From positions 365-64,364 of the forward strand of contig JACQRJ010000036.1 in NCBI GenBank assembly GCA_016206505.1: a stretch of DNA of 64,000 nucleotides, given 5' to 3'. The notes under the pieces were generated by a model. That model was not told where the DNA came from. It saw nothing but the letters and a program-made list of their open reading frames with translations, and searched no databases. A program made the position numbers and the translations under genes. Origin of the DNA: Candidatus Peregrinibacteria bacterium. GTDB lineage: Bacteria; Patescibacteriota; Gracilibacteria; UBA1369; LOWO2-01-FULL-3. Shown here piece after piece: positions 27,280 through 35,342 of this stretch. The number at the start of each line of letters is the position of its first letter. Positions within the stretch are counted from its first letter, which is position 1.

Positions 27280-28857
27280 CTATATAATCTTCTTCCAATC
27301 CTCCATGATCTTTTGTTCAAGCCCATGAGCCTCTTTTGTAAGGGAGGTGAATTCGCCCATAAGCTCTTTCATGCGTGCGTCAAAATCCACATCGCTTAAC
27401 TCTTTTTCGACAATCTCCACATAACGGCCAGGATTGAGAGAATAGTCGTTTGCACGCACATCATCGAGCGTCACAACTTTGCATCGACCTTTGATGTCTT
27501 CGTATTTTTCATAGCCTTCTTCACTTCGATAACGCCGTACAATGGCTGCAATTTCTTGTATCTGCGCATCCGTCCATGTGCTGTGTGCTCGGTCAATTTC
27601 CGTGAAAATATCTTGCGCATTAATGAAGAGGATTTTATTTTGCCTATCAGTACCATGTTTTCGCTTATCAAAAAACCAGAGCGTGCATGAAAGCGTAGCG
27701 TTTAAAAACATGTTTGTACCAACCGAGACAATGACGTCCACCGTGCCAGCCTCAATCATTTTTTTGCGGATTTCTTTCTCGGCATTTCCTGCATCACTGG
27801 CTGAATTGGCCATAACAAAGCCCGCGCGCCCTTGCTTCGAAAGTGCGCTCGCGAACATCTGCATCCAGAGATAGTTGGCGTTGCTGATTTCATTTTTGCC
27901 CGTAAGCGGCAGTCCAAGGTAATAACGCGGATCACCGTGCAAACGCGCGGGATCAATGGTCATTTGCCCGTTTTTATCTTTTCCTTTCACGTTAAAAGGC
28001 GGATTTGCCAGTACAAAATCAAATTTCCCCACACTCTCAAACGGGTCTTCATAAAAACTGTTCACCAGTTGAATTTTTCCGGAAAGGCCGTGAATTGCGA
28101 GGTTCATCTTGGCAACACGCATTGTTGAGTCTGTTTTTTCTTGGCCATAAATAGCCACTTCTTCCATAACCTGTTTTGAATTTTTCAAATGTTCGGCAAC
28201 AAAGCGAGCTGACTGGACAAACATGCCTCCACTACCGCAAGCAGGATCGAAAATACGGCCATGGTAAGGCTCAATAACCTCTACAAGAAGCTTTACGATT
28301 GATTGCGGCGTAAAGAACTCCCCACCTTTGGAACCTTCGGCTCGTGCAAAGTTACCAAGAAAATATTCGTAAATTTCTCCAAAAGCATCCCCCTCGATAT
28401 CGTCGGGAATTTGGTTAAAGTTTTTGAGCAGAGTTATGAGGATTCTGCTGTTTTCGTCTGCCTTTTTGGAGAGTTCGGTGTAATCCTGTGGCAATACGCC
28501 TGCAAGGTCTCGATTTTCGGCTTCAATCGCTTTCATGGCCTCATTAATAGCTTTTCCGATGTTTTCAGCCTCAGAAAGGCTCATAAGGTGCGAATACGTC
28601 GCGGTCTCCGGAATGTAGAGCACGCCCTTTGATTTATAGTCATCGGGCATTACGAAACGCACACGGGTCGACTGCGTTTGATTTCTCTCTTTTTCTATTT
28701 GTACTTTTGCTCTTTTAAAACGGACATCGGCAAACTTAAGGAAAATAAGTCCCAAAATCGGTTCACTAATTTCATTAAGCTTGAGGCTTCCATTGGCGCG
28801 AAGTTGCTCAGCTGCAGCCCAGAGTTTTTCTTCAAGTTGTTTGCGATGAATTGGCAT
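27280..28857 (-). CDS. hsdM: Type I restriction-modification N6-adenine DNA methyltransferase subunit
   Basis: 525 aa. HsdM N-terminal helix bundle (LWAAAEQLRANGSLK...ILGLIFLKF), SAM motif IFDPACGSGGMF and catalytic FDFVLANPPFN. Confidence 0.95.
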   Translation of the reverse strand: MPIHRKQLEEKLWAAAEQLRANGSLKLNEISEPILGLIFLKFADVRFKRAKVQIEKERNQTQSTRVRFVMPDDYKSKGVLYIPETATYSHLMSLSEAENIGKAINEAMKAIEAENRDLAGVLPQDYTELSKKADENSRILITLLKNFNQIPDDIEGDAFGEIYEYFLGNFARAEGSKGGEFFTPQSIVKLLVEVIEPYHGRIFDPACGSGGMFVQSARFVAEHLKNSKQVMEEVAIYGQEKTDSTMRVAKMNLAIHGLSGKIQLVNSFYEDPFESVGKFDFVLANPPFNVKGKDKNGQMTIDPARLHGDPRYYLGLPLTGKNEISNANYLWMQMFASALSKQGRAGFVMANSASDAGNAEKEIRKKMIEAGTVDVIVSVGTNMFLNATLSCTLWFFDKRKHGTDRQNKILFINAQDIFTEIDRAHSTWTDAQIQEIAAIVRRYRSEEGYEKYEDIKGRCKVVTLDDVRANDYSLNPGRYVEIVEKELSDVDFDARMKELMGEFTSLTKEAHGLEQKIMEDWKKII

Positions 28858-28865
28858 TTTTGCCT

Positions 28866-28894
28866 ACAATAAAATACAGGCGCATCTTAGCCAA
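28866..28894 (-). promoter_or_regulatory. Candidate hsdM promoter TTGGCT-17-TATTGT, ending 8 nt before the ATG (near-leaderless transcript)
   Basis: The minus strand reads TTGGCTaagatgcgcctgtatttTATTGTaggcaaaaATG. Confidence 0.3.
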
Positions 28895-28910
28895 AGCACG
28901 CCATCTTCAC

Positions 28911-28932
28911 AACGCCAAAACCCTTTGGCGCC
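28911..28932 (-). terminator. Stem-loop immediately after the VirB4-like stop
   Basis: The minus strand reads GGCGCCAAAgggtTTTGGCGTT: 7 Watson-Crick pairs plus 2 G-U pairs. The U-tract is weak. Confidence 0.35.
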
Positions 28933-31434
28933 CTACACCTTCTTCTCCACCGCCACCTGTTTCTGCGCCAAAAGCTCTTCGGGATTTGTGGTGACGATTT
29001 TGTCTTCCGTATAAGAAGCGATTACCTGAATCGCCACATGCTTCAAGCCGGCAAAGAAAAGCCCCTGCCCCACTCCGCTATTCAACAAAACATACTTTTC
29101 ACCTTCCGTCAGATTGAAAATCTTGGCCAAAGTATCCACGGAAGAAGGCGCCTGCTTCAGCAGCAATTGAATCGAAGAATTGGTCACAATCGGCTTACCA
29201 TAGTCACTTTTCACGAAATCTTCCACGTCTTGAGTGATGGTAGAAACGCCCAAATAATACTTTCTTGCCCTTTTCACCAAACCAAACAAAAACTTCGCAC
29301 TATCCTCATGCTGCATCATCGTCCAGGCCTCATCTATGACCAGTATGCGCTTTTTAAGCTCGCTTCTCACCCTGTTCCAGATATAATTCAAAACGATATG
29401 CATGGCAATCGGCCTCAATTCATCTTCCAAATCCCTGATACAAAAAACCATCATGCCGCTTGATAGATCGACATTGGTCGGCTTGTTGAAAATTCCGGCA
29501 TAAGAACCGGTGGTAAATTTCGAAATGCGCTGCACCAAAGAAGCCGCACCATCCATGGAATTCAAAATTTGATGCAAATCTTCCATCGTCGGCGGCGCAA
29601 ATTTGGTCGGATCAACAATATCCATTGTAATGCCCTTCATCGCATACACATCAATCAAAGCTTTGTCCATCAAAGCTTCCTCTTCAGGACTCATGCCCTT
29701 CACCATCAACTTCAAAAGCCCCTGCAAAGTTATGACATTCGATCGCAAAATATCACCCGCCTGATACTCCTCACCCTCCACAGGTTTCGGCAGATCAAAA
29801 GGATTGATACGACGATCACTGTTCAAACTCAAACGCAGATAACTTCCTCCCACAGTCGTAGCCAAGGCTTCATATTCGTTTTCCGGATCGATCACAATCA
29901 CATCGGTTCCCATCATCATCAGGCGCAAAATTTCCAATTTCACCGCATAAGATTTACCTGCACCGGATTTGGCAAAAACCACACTATTGGCATTTTCCAG
30001 CGCAAAACGATCAAAAATAATCAAACTGTCATTATGCCTGTTCAATCCATACAAAATTCCACGATCCGAAGTCAGATCCGAAGAAGTAAACGGAAAAGTT
30101 GTGGAAAGCGGCCCTGTATTCATATTGCGAATGACATAAAGCTCATCCAGACATTGCGGAATTGTCGCATTGAATCCATGTTCCGCCTGCAATTGACATC
30201 TCTTTGTCATTACAAGTTTTCCAGCCAATAAACTTTCCAGCTGCTTGGCAACACGTTCGAGTTTTTTCTCACCATCCGCATAAACCGTAAAATAAAGTGC
30301 AAATTGGAAAAATTTTTCCTGGCCTCTCTGAATCTGCGTTCGCAACCTTTCAGCATCCTCCAAAGCAGTCTCCAGTCCCGGATCCCTCACCTGTCCCTTA
30401 TCGGCCATAATATGCAAACTGGATTGCATCTGCGCGACCTTTTTCTTCAGCGTCTTCATGATCTTTTCGGAATCAATCGGATAGATAAATTGGGAAATAT
30501 CCATCGTCACATCAAAATTAATAATCGGCGCCAGCCAGTTTGTATCCAGATAGCGCGGATAAGCGTAAACATAAAAAGATCTGGCATATTTGCCATCCAT
30601 TTTCAGACTGTCATAACGAACATCCAGCGAAGACGGCGCAATCATATCTTTCACAGTCGCCAAGCCTTCATGATAAATTTTTTCCGCTTCAATAAATTCC
30701 TTGCGTTCCTGTGGGGTCAAAAGAGATTCTTTACCTGCTTTTGCAGATCCCTTGGCATCAGTAAGTTCACCAGCCTTGCCAGCAGCCTCTGCCAAAGCCA
30801 GGTCGCCAGTCGGAATGGCGCCATCCAAAACCACCGTTTTTTTCTTCCCAAAAGGCAAAAGCGCTTTCAATTTATCGAAAAAAGACATTTTAGCGGTAGC
30901 ACCCTGTGTAGCACTTTTTGCTTCGGGAACGGGCGTCGAAGAAAAAATATTCTCGCCTTTGGCAAGTTTTTTGCCGGTTTTTGGATCATATCCCGCTTTC
31001 ATCAATTTTTCCGCAGCCTCAAGATCGACTTTATGCACAACTTCCAGAGAAGGAGTGATTTCAATATAAGAATTCGGATCAATTCCCAGCTCGGTCGAAG
31101 TAGGCTTATCGGCTTTCAGATTCACCACAGGAGCACTTGCAGACACAGCGTCCACAAGAGCTGCGGGCACAGCCTCTGCAAGACCTGCCGATGCAGCTTT
31201 CAAATCTACAATTTGATCTTTACCGCCTACCTCAGCATTTGTGGCAAGCTCACTTGAAGCATCCGCAAGCCATCCCGGAGTTGCAATTTCTTCATCTTTC
31301 GGCTTGGCAAAAATTCGCCCCGTCCCAACGATACCCTGCACCGCCTCAGTAGCCTGCACGGCCGCAGGAGCTTGCACATTAGCTACAACCTGCCCTGCGC
31401 CTAACTGCGTATTTTGATTTTGATCTTCCGCCAT
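28933..31434 (-). CDS. VirB4/TraC-like type IV secretion ATPase with a ~250-aa low-complexity N-terminal extension
   Basis: SVVFAKSGAGKSYAVKLEILR (Walker A), ILVIDEAWTMMQHEDSAKFLF (Walker B), YYLGVSTITQDVEDF, and upstream YARSFYVYAYPRYLDTNWLAPII, which is typical of Gram-positive-type VirB4. Confidence 0.85.
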   Translation of the reverse strand: MAEDQNQNTQLGAGQVVANVQAPAAVQATEAVQGIVGTGRIFAKPKDEEIATPGWLADASSELATNAEVGGKDQIVDLKAASAGLAEAVPAALVDAVSASAPVVNLKADKPTSTELGIDPNSYIEITPSLEVVHKVDLEAAEKLMKAGYDPKTGKKLAKGENIFSSTPVPEAKSATQGATAKMSFFDKLKALLPFGKKKTVVLDGAIPTGDLALAEAAGKAGELTDAKGSAKAGKESLLTPQERKEFIEAEKIYHEGLATVKDMIAPSSLDVRYDSLKMDGKYARSFYVYAYPRYLDTNWLAPIINFDVTMDISQFIYPIDSEKIMKTLKKKVAQMQSSLHIMADKGQVRDPGLETALEDAERLRTQIQRGQEKFFQFALYFTVYADGEKKLERVAKQLESLLAGKLVMTKRCQLQAEHGFNATIPQCLDELYVIRNMNTGPLSTTFPFTSSDLTSDRGILYGLNRHNDSLIIFDRFALENANSVVFAKSGAGKSYAVKLEILRLMMMGTDVIVIDPENEYEALATTVGGSYLRLSLNSDRRINPFDLPKPVEGEEYQAGDILRSNVITLQGLLKLMVKGMSPEEEALMDKALIDVYAMKGITMDIVDPTKFAPPTMEDLHQILNSMDGAASLVQRISKFTTGSYAGIFNKPTNVDLSSGMMVFCIRDLEDELRPIAMHIVLNYIWNRVRSELKKRILVIDEAWTMMQHEDSAKFLFGLVKRARKYYLGVSTITQDVEDFVKSDYGKPIVTNSSIQLLLKQAPSSVDTLAKIFNLTEGEKYVLLNSGVGQGLFFAGLKHVAIQVIASYTEDKIVTTNPEELLAQKQVAVEKKV

Positions 31435-31463
31435 TTAAACTTTTAGCTCAAATATATCCTGAT

Positions 31464-31492
31464 ATTTTAGCAGAAAATCACTTTTTTTTCAA
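31464..31492 (-). promoter_or_regulatory. Promoter TTGAAA-17-TAAAAT upstream of the VirB4-like gene
   Basis: The minus strand reads cTTGAAAaaaaagtgattttctgcTAAAATatc. The -10 ends 29 nt upstream of ATG 31434. Confidence 0.45.
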
Positions 31493-31505
31493 GAAGCCGA
31501 AACGC

Positions 31506-31555
31506 AAAAAGCGGTCCAGCCGCACCCCCGCCACGGCGGGTGGAGAACGCTTTTT
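31506..31555. terminator. Bidirectional rho-independent terminator-like structure
   Basis: AAAAAGCG (31506-31513) pairs with CGCTTTTT (31548-31555). Inside are the TCCA/TGGA and CCCGCC/GGCGGG stems. A-tract on one side, T-tract on the other. Confidence 0.5.
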
Positions 31556-31598
31556 CAACTTTCTCACCTTCGCAAGAACACTTTTAAAAATCCCGAAT

Positions 31599-31620
31599 TT
31601 GTCCGTACATTGTCCGTACA
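31599..31620. repeat. Exact tandem direct repeat, 2 x TTGTCCGTACA, followed by a partial inverted copy (GGACA at 31626-31630)
   Basis: Direct reading: aatTTGTCCGTACATTGTCCGTACAaatttGGACAtt. Confidence 0.9.
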
Positions 31621-31689
31621 AATTTGGACATTACAAAAAGCTTTCCCACCGCATATAACAAATTAAAAACAGCGTTTTCCAGAGGTTCT

Positions 31690-31893
31690 TTATTGTTGTA
31701 GCGCCGCATCAAACCTCTGACGCGCCTGCTGTCTAAGCTTACCAGGATCAGGCTCCTGCCCTTGCCGAGTTTCAATACCACCAGTCTGATCCATAGAGGG
31801 AACAGCATATAAATCCTCCACTGCAACAACACCACCTTCAAAAGGATAATAACTACCTTCATCATATCCCCCTTCAATTGAACCTCCAGCCAT
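31690..31893 (-). CDS. Possible small acidic protein (67 aa), unknown function
   Basis: The ORF is visibly GC-richer than the flanking AT-rich spacer and is followed by the terminator at 31506-31555. No family recognised and no RBS. Confidence 0.3.
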   Translation of the reverse strand: MAGGSIEGGYDEGSYYPFEGGVVAVEDLYAVPSMDQTGGIETRQGQEPDPGKLRQQARQRFDAALQQ

Positions 31894-32042
31894 AAATTTT
31901 TAATTAAATAATAAAACAAACAACAAATAAAGCATCGCACCAAAAATCTCAAAAAAATCCCGACTGAACTTCCTAAAAAGAAAACTGGCAGCTTGTTTAA
32001 AAGGAAAAAAGACCATCACAAAACTTCGCCTCCAATGCTATG

Positions 32043-32063
32043 GAGGACTTTTGCAGAGTCCTC
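32043..32063 (-). terminator. Stem-loop GAGGACT-7nt-AGTCCTC overlapping the stop of the 129-aa ORF
   Basis: A perfect 7-bp stem. On the minus strand a second short CCTCC/GGAGG hairpin and TTTT follow it. Confidence 0.35.
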
Positions 32064-32452
32064 TATGAAATTCGATTTTTCTCTGTATCAATAATCCCTT
32101 TTGCCCACCAAGGCACAGGTGGATATTCATCTGAAATTCCAATATTTTGAATACCAGCCCTCACTGCCTCACTTTGTGCAGCACATTTATGCGCGGACGT
32201 GTCATCAACAGGCAAGGGCTCTGCAGAGCCCTCAGGCACATTGGAAGTATCTAAATGACCATCCTGAGCTCCAGCTTCAGATGAAATAGCAGCAGCTTTT
32301 TTTATACGACTGCGCCACAATTTTACACACCAATCAATAAATGAAACGAAAATATCGTCCTCAACATGCCGCATCTCTAAACCATCAGGTCTAGCCGTCG
32401 GCCTCATAACTCGCTCAGCCACATCATCCCCCCGAACATCTGCATTACCCAT
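32063..32452 (-). CDS. Possible hypothetical protein (129 aa)
   Basis: An ORF with coding-like composition and its own downstream hairpin. No family recognised. Confidence 0.4.
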   Translation of the reverse strand: MGNADVRGDDVAERVMRPTARPDGLEMRHVEDDIFVSFIDWCVKLWRSRIKKAAAISSEAGAQDGHLDTSNVPEGSAEPLPVDDTSAHKCAAQSEAVRAGIQNIGISDEYPPVPWWAKGIIDTEKNRIS

Positions 32453-32695
32453 AAATATTGAATTAAGAAATAAATAATTTTTCCCGCCATATCATCCGTC
32501 AATCAATTGACACAGGATTTGGCAGGACAAAAACTCTTGCAGGTCTGAAGAGAAAAGTCAAGGGTGAAAAGACAACAAAATGCAAGCAATCGACCACTAA
32601 GGAACCTCTGAAAAAATCCTCTTTCTCAAAAAAGACCTCTTGTGCTACCATTCCCGCAGTAAAATCCAGAAATTTAAAATTAACCTCCATAAACC

Positions 32696-35335
32696 GTGCC
32701 GAAAAAAGACAAGGACTCTGAAAATTCAGAAAAGCCGGAAAAAAAGAAAAAAGCCGCCAAACAAAGCGAAGAGGAACAAAACGCCTCGGACGAAAGCAAA
32801 GAAGAATCTCAAACGGCCCTTTTCGCAAACATCGGCAACGTCGAAAAAGCCAATATTTCGGACGAAATGGAAAGTTCCTATCTGGAATACGCCATGAGCG
32901 TAATCGTTTCACGTGCCTTGCCGGATGTACGCGATGGACTGAAACCCGTACATCGTCGCATCCTTTATGCCATGAATGACATGGGACTGAAATCAAGCGC
33001 ATCTTTCCGCAAATCAGCAGCCGTTGTCGGTGAAGTTTTGGCCAAATATCATCCACACGGTGATGTGGCCGTTTATGACTCAATGGTGCGTATGGCCCAG
33101 GATTTCTCGATGCGCTATGAACTTGTGCGCGGCCAGGGGAACTTTGGTTCCATCGACGGAGACAGCGCAGCCGCTATGCGTTATACGGAAGCCAAAATGG
33201 AAAAAATCAGCGACGAAATGCTCAACGACATCGAAAAAGAAACCATAAATTGGCGCGAAAACTATGACGGACGCTACAAAGAACCAAGCGTTTTGCCTAC
33301 AAAACTCCCTCAACTATTATTAAACGGAACCACTGGTATCGCCGTTGGTATGGCGACCTCCATCCCTCCGCATAATCTCGGCGAAGTTATCGATGGCATT
33401 TTGCATCTTTCAAAAAATCCCGACTGCACCATCGATGATCTGATGCAATTTATCAAAGCTCCCGATTTCCCCACCGGTGGGATTATTTACAACGAAGAAG
33501 ATATAAAAACCGCTTATGTAACAGGTCGCGGCGGCATGGTAGTGAGAGCAAAAACCGAAATTATCGAAAAAAAGGGCGGAAGAAGTGCAATTATCGTTAG
33601 TGAAATCCCCTATCAGGTAAATAAAGCCAATCTCGTCACCAAAATGGCGGAATTGGTACGCGACAAAAAAGTTGTGGGCATCGCCGACATCCGCGATGAA
33701 TCAAACAAAGAAGGCATTCGCGTCGTTATTGATCTGAAAAAAGACAGCTTCCCAAACAAAATCTTGAATCAGCTTTTCAAATACACACAGCTGCAAAATG
33801 CGTTTAACATGAATATGATCGCGCTGGTCGATGAAATTCAACCGCACCTGCTCGATTTGAAACAAGTTTTGGAATACTTCATCAAACACCGCAAAGAAGT
33901 CATCACAAGACGTACGGAATACGATCTCAAAGTCGCAAAAGCCCGCGCCCACATCCTCGAAGGTTTAAAAATCGCCATCGACAATATCGACAAAGTAATT
34001 GCCACAATCAAAAAATCCAAAACCAAAGAGGAAGCCCAGGAATCCCTTATTAAACAATACAAACTTACAGACTTGCAGTCCAAAGCCATTCTCGAAATGA
34101 GACTGCAAACTTTGGCAGGTCTTGAAAGACAAAAAATCGAAGACGAATTCAAGGAAAAATTATTGCTCATCAAAGAATTGGAAGGCATTTTGGCCGATGT
34201 CGCAAAAATTCTGAAAATCATGCAGGATGAACTCGCTGAAATCAGAGCAAAATACGCCGATGAAAGAAGAACCCAGATTGTACCTCACGGCATCAACAGC
34301 TTCTCACGCAAAGAATTGATCCCGAACGAAAGAGTGATCGTGATGCTAAGCCAGCAAAATTATATCAAACGCATTCCGGCCTCAACTTTCAAAGCCCAAA
34401 GACGCGGAGGCAAAGGCATAATCGGCGGAACTACAAAAGAAGAAGACGAAATCAAATTAATTCGCTACGCTTCGAATCATGACGAGCTTTTGTATTTCAC
34501 AAACAAAGGACGCGTGTTTAATCTTCCGGTTTACGAAATTCCCGCAACTTCCAGACAGGCAAAAGGTCAGGCAATCGTAAACTTGCTACAGCTCCAGGAA
34601 AGCGAAGTCGTGACCGCTATTCTCAACGCCAATGAAAAATTTACCGGACAATATCTCACAATGGCCACTAAAAAAGGCACCATCAAAAAAACCGCAGTCA
34701 AGGACTTCATGAATGTCAGAAAAAGTGGCTTGATAGCAATAAAACTCCGCGCCGACGACTCTCTTGAATGGGTTAAGGAAACTTCCACCGGCGATGAAGT
34801 AATGATTATTACCAAAAATGGCAAATCCATACGCTTCAACGAAGAAGAAATGCATGAAATCGGGCGCGCCTCAATAGGCGTCCGCGGTATCAGAGTCAAA
34901 CCGGATGATGAAGCCGTACAAATGGAAGTTATAAAAGACAAAGAAACTGCCGAACTTTTGGTTATAATGGAAAACGGCCTTGGCAAAATGACAAAAGTCC
35001 AGGATTATCGCTTGCAGTCACGAGGAGGCACGGGCGTAAAAACCGCTCAAATTACATCAAAAACCGGCAAAATTGTAGGCGCGGCAGTAATAGATAAACA
35101 CACCGACGCTGATCTGATTATTATTTCCAAAGCCGGTCAGGTTATTCGCCTTAACATCAAGCACATTCCAACACAGGGACGAGCAACACAGGGTGTTTAC
35201 CTTATGCGCATGAGGCCCAGCGACAAAGTAGCCTCAATGTCCTTCGTTGAAAATATTCCGGAAGAAGCAGGTCAGACCAAAAGTGAAACAGAAGAGATCG
35301 CAGAAGAACAGCAAACGCTTTCAGAAGCTAATTAA
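32696..35335 (+). CDS. gyrA: DNA gyrase subunit A, with a ~50-aa Lys/Glu-rich N-terminal extension
   Basis: [45 protein letters not shown], catalytic-Tyr region [10 protein letters not shown] and C-terminal beta-pinwheel repeats. The start appears to be GTG at 32696; the conserved E preceding the internal MESSYL excludes the first ATG as start. Confidence 0.95.
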   Translation: MPKKDKDSENSEKPEKKKKAAKQSEEEQNASDESKEESQTALFANIGNVEKANISDEMESSYLEYAMSVIVSRALPDVRDGLKPVHRRILYAMNDMGLKSSASFRKSAAVVGEVLAKYHPHGDVAVYDSMVRMAQDFSMRYELVRGQGNFGSIDGDSAAAMRYTEAKMEKISDEMLNDIEKETINWRENYDGRYKEPSVLPTKLPQLLLNGTTGIAVGMATSIPPHNLGEVIDGILHLSKNPDCTIDDLMQFIKAPDFPTGGIIYNEEDIKTAYVTGRGGMVVRAKTEIIEKKGGRSAIIVSEIPYQVNKANLVTKMAELVRDKKVVGIADIRDESNKEGIRVVIDLKKDSFPNKILNQLFKYTQLQNAFNMNMIALVDEIQPHLLDLKQVLEYFIKHRKEVITRRTEYDLKVAKARAHILEGLKIAIDNIDKVIATIKKSKTKEEAQESLIKQYKLTDLQSKAILEMRLQTLAGLERQKIEDEFKEKLLLIKELEGILADVAKILKIMQDELAEIRAKYADERRTQIVPHGINSFSRKELIPNERVIVMLSQQNYIKRIPASTFKAQRRGGKGIIGGTTKEEDEIKLIRYASNHDELLYFTNKGRVFNLPVYEIPATSRQAKGQAIVNLLQLQESEVVTAILNANEKFTGQYLTMATKKGTIKKTAVKDFMNVRKSGLIAIKLRADDSLEWVKETSTGDEVMIITKNGKSIRFNEEEMHEIGRASIGVRGIRVKPDDEAVQMEVIKDKETAELLVIMENGLGKMTKVQDYRLQSRGGTGVKTAQITSKTGKIVGAAVIDKHTDADLIIISKAGQVIRLNIKHIPTQGRATQGVYLMRMRPSDKVASMSFVENIPEEAGQTKSETEEIAEEQQTLSEAN

Positions 35336-35342
35336 AAAAATC

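Noticed and set aside
30304-31257. A 317-aa plus-strand ORF, together with 29569..30231 (220 aa) and 29038..29463, antisense to the VirB4-like gene.
   Set aside because: The minus-strand frame carries unambiguous VirB4 Walker A/B and family motifs. The antisense products are low-complexity (R/F/I/H/Q-rich) with no motifs. Such long shadow ORFs are a common by-product of codon bias.
31584-31952. A 122-aa minus-strand ORF overlapping the 67-aa ORF and the tandem-repeat spacer.
   Set aside because: It has Leu/Ile/Val/Tyr-rich composition typical of an AT-rich non-coding frame. It includes the 11-bp tandem repeat at its end. The alternative 67-aa frame has more protein-like composition, and even that is low confidence.
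32499-33083. A 194-aa minus-strand ORF spanning the gyrA upstream region and the first ~390 nt of gyrA.
   Set aside because: It overlaps the conserved gyrA N-terminus. The product is Arg/Cys/Phe-rich and non-protein-like. No promoter or terminator supports it.
35247-35342. N-terminal extensions of track ORFs that overlap upstream genes: 35247, 45884, 56076, 60571, 50318, 18213, 9265 and 27326.
   Set aside because: In each case, an internal ATG right after the upstream stop gives a canonical N-terminus (signal peptide, lipobox or conserved family start). The extension has non-native composition.
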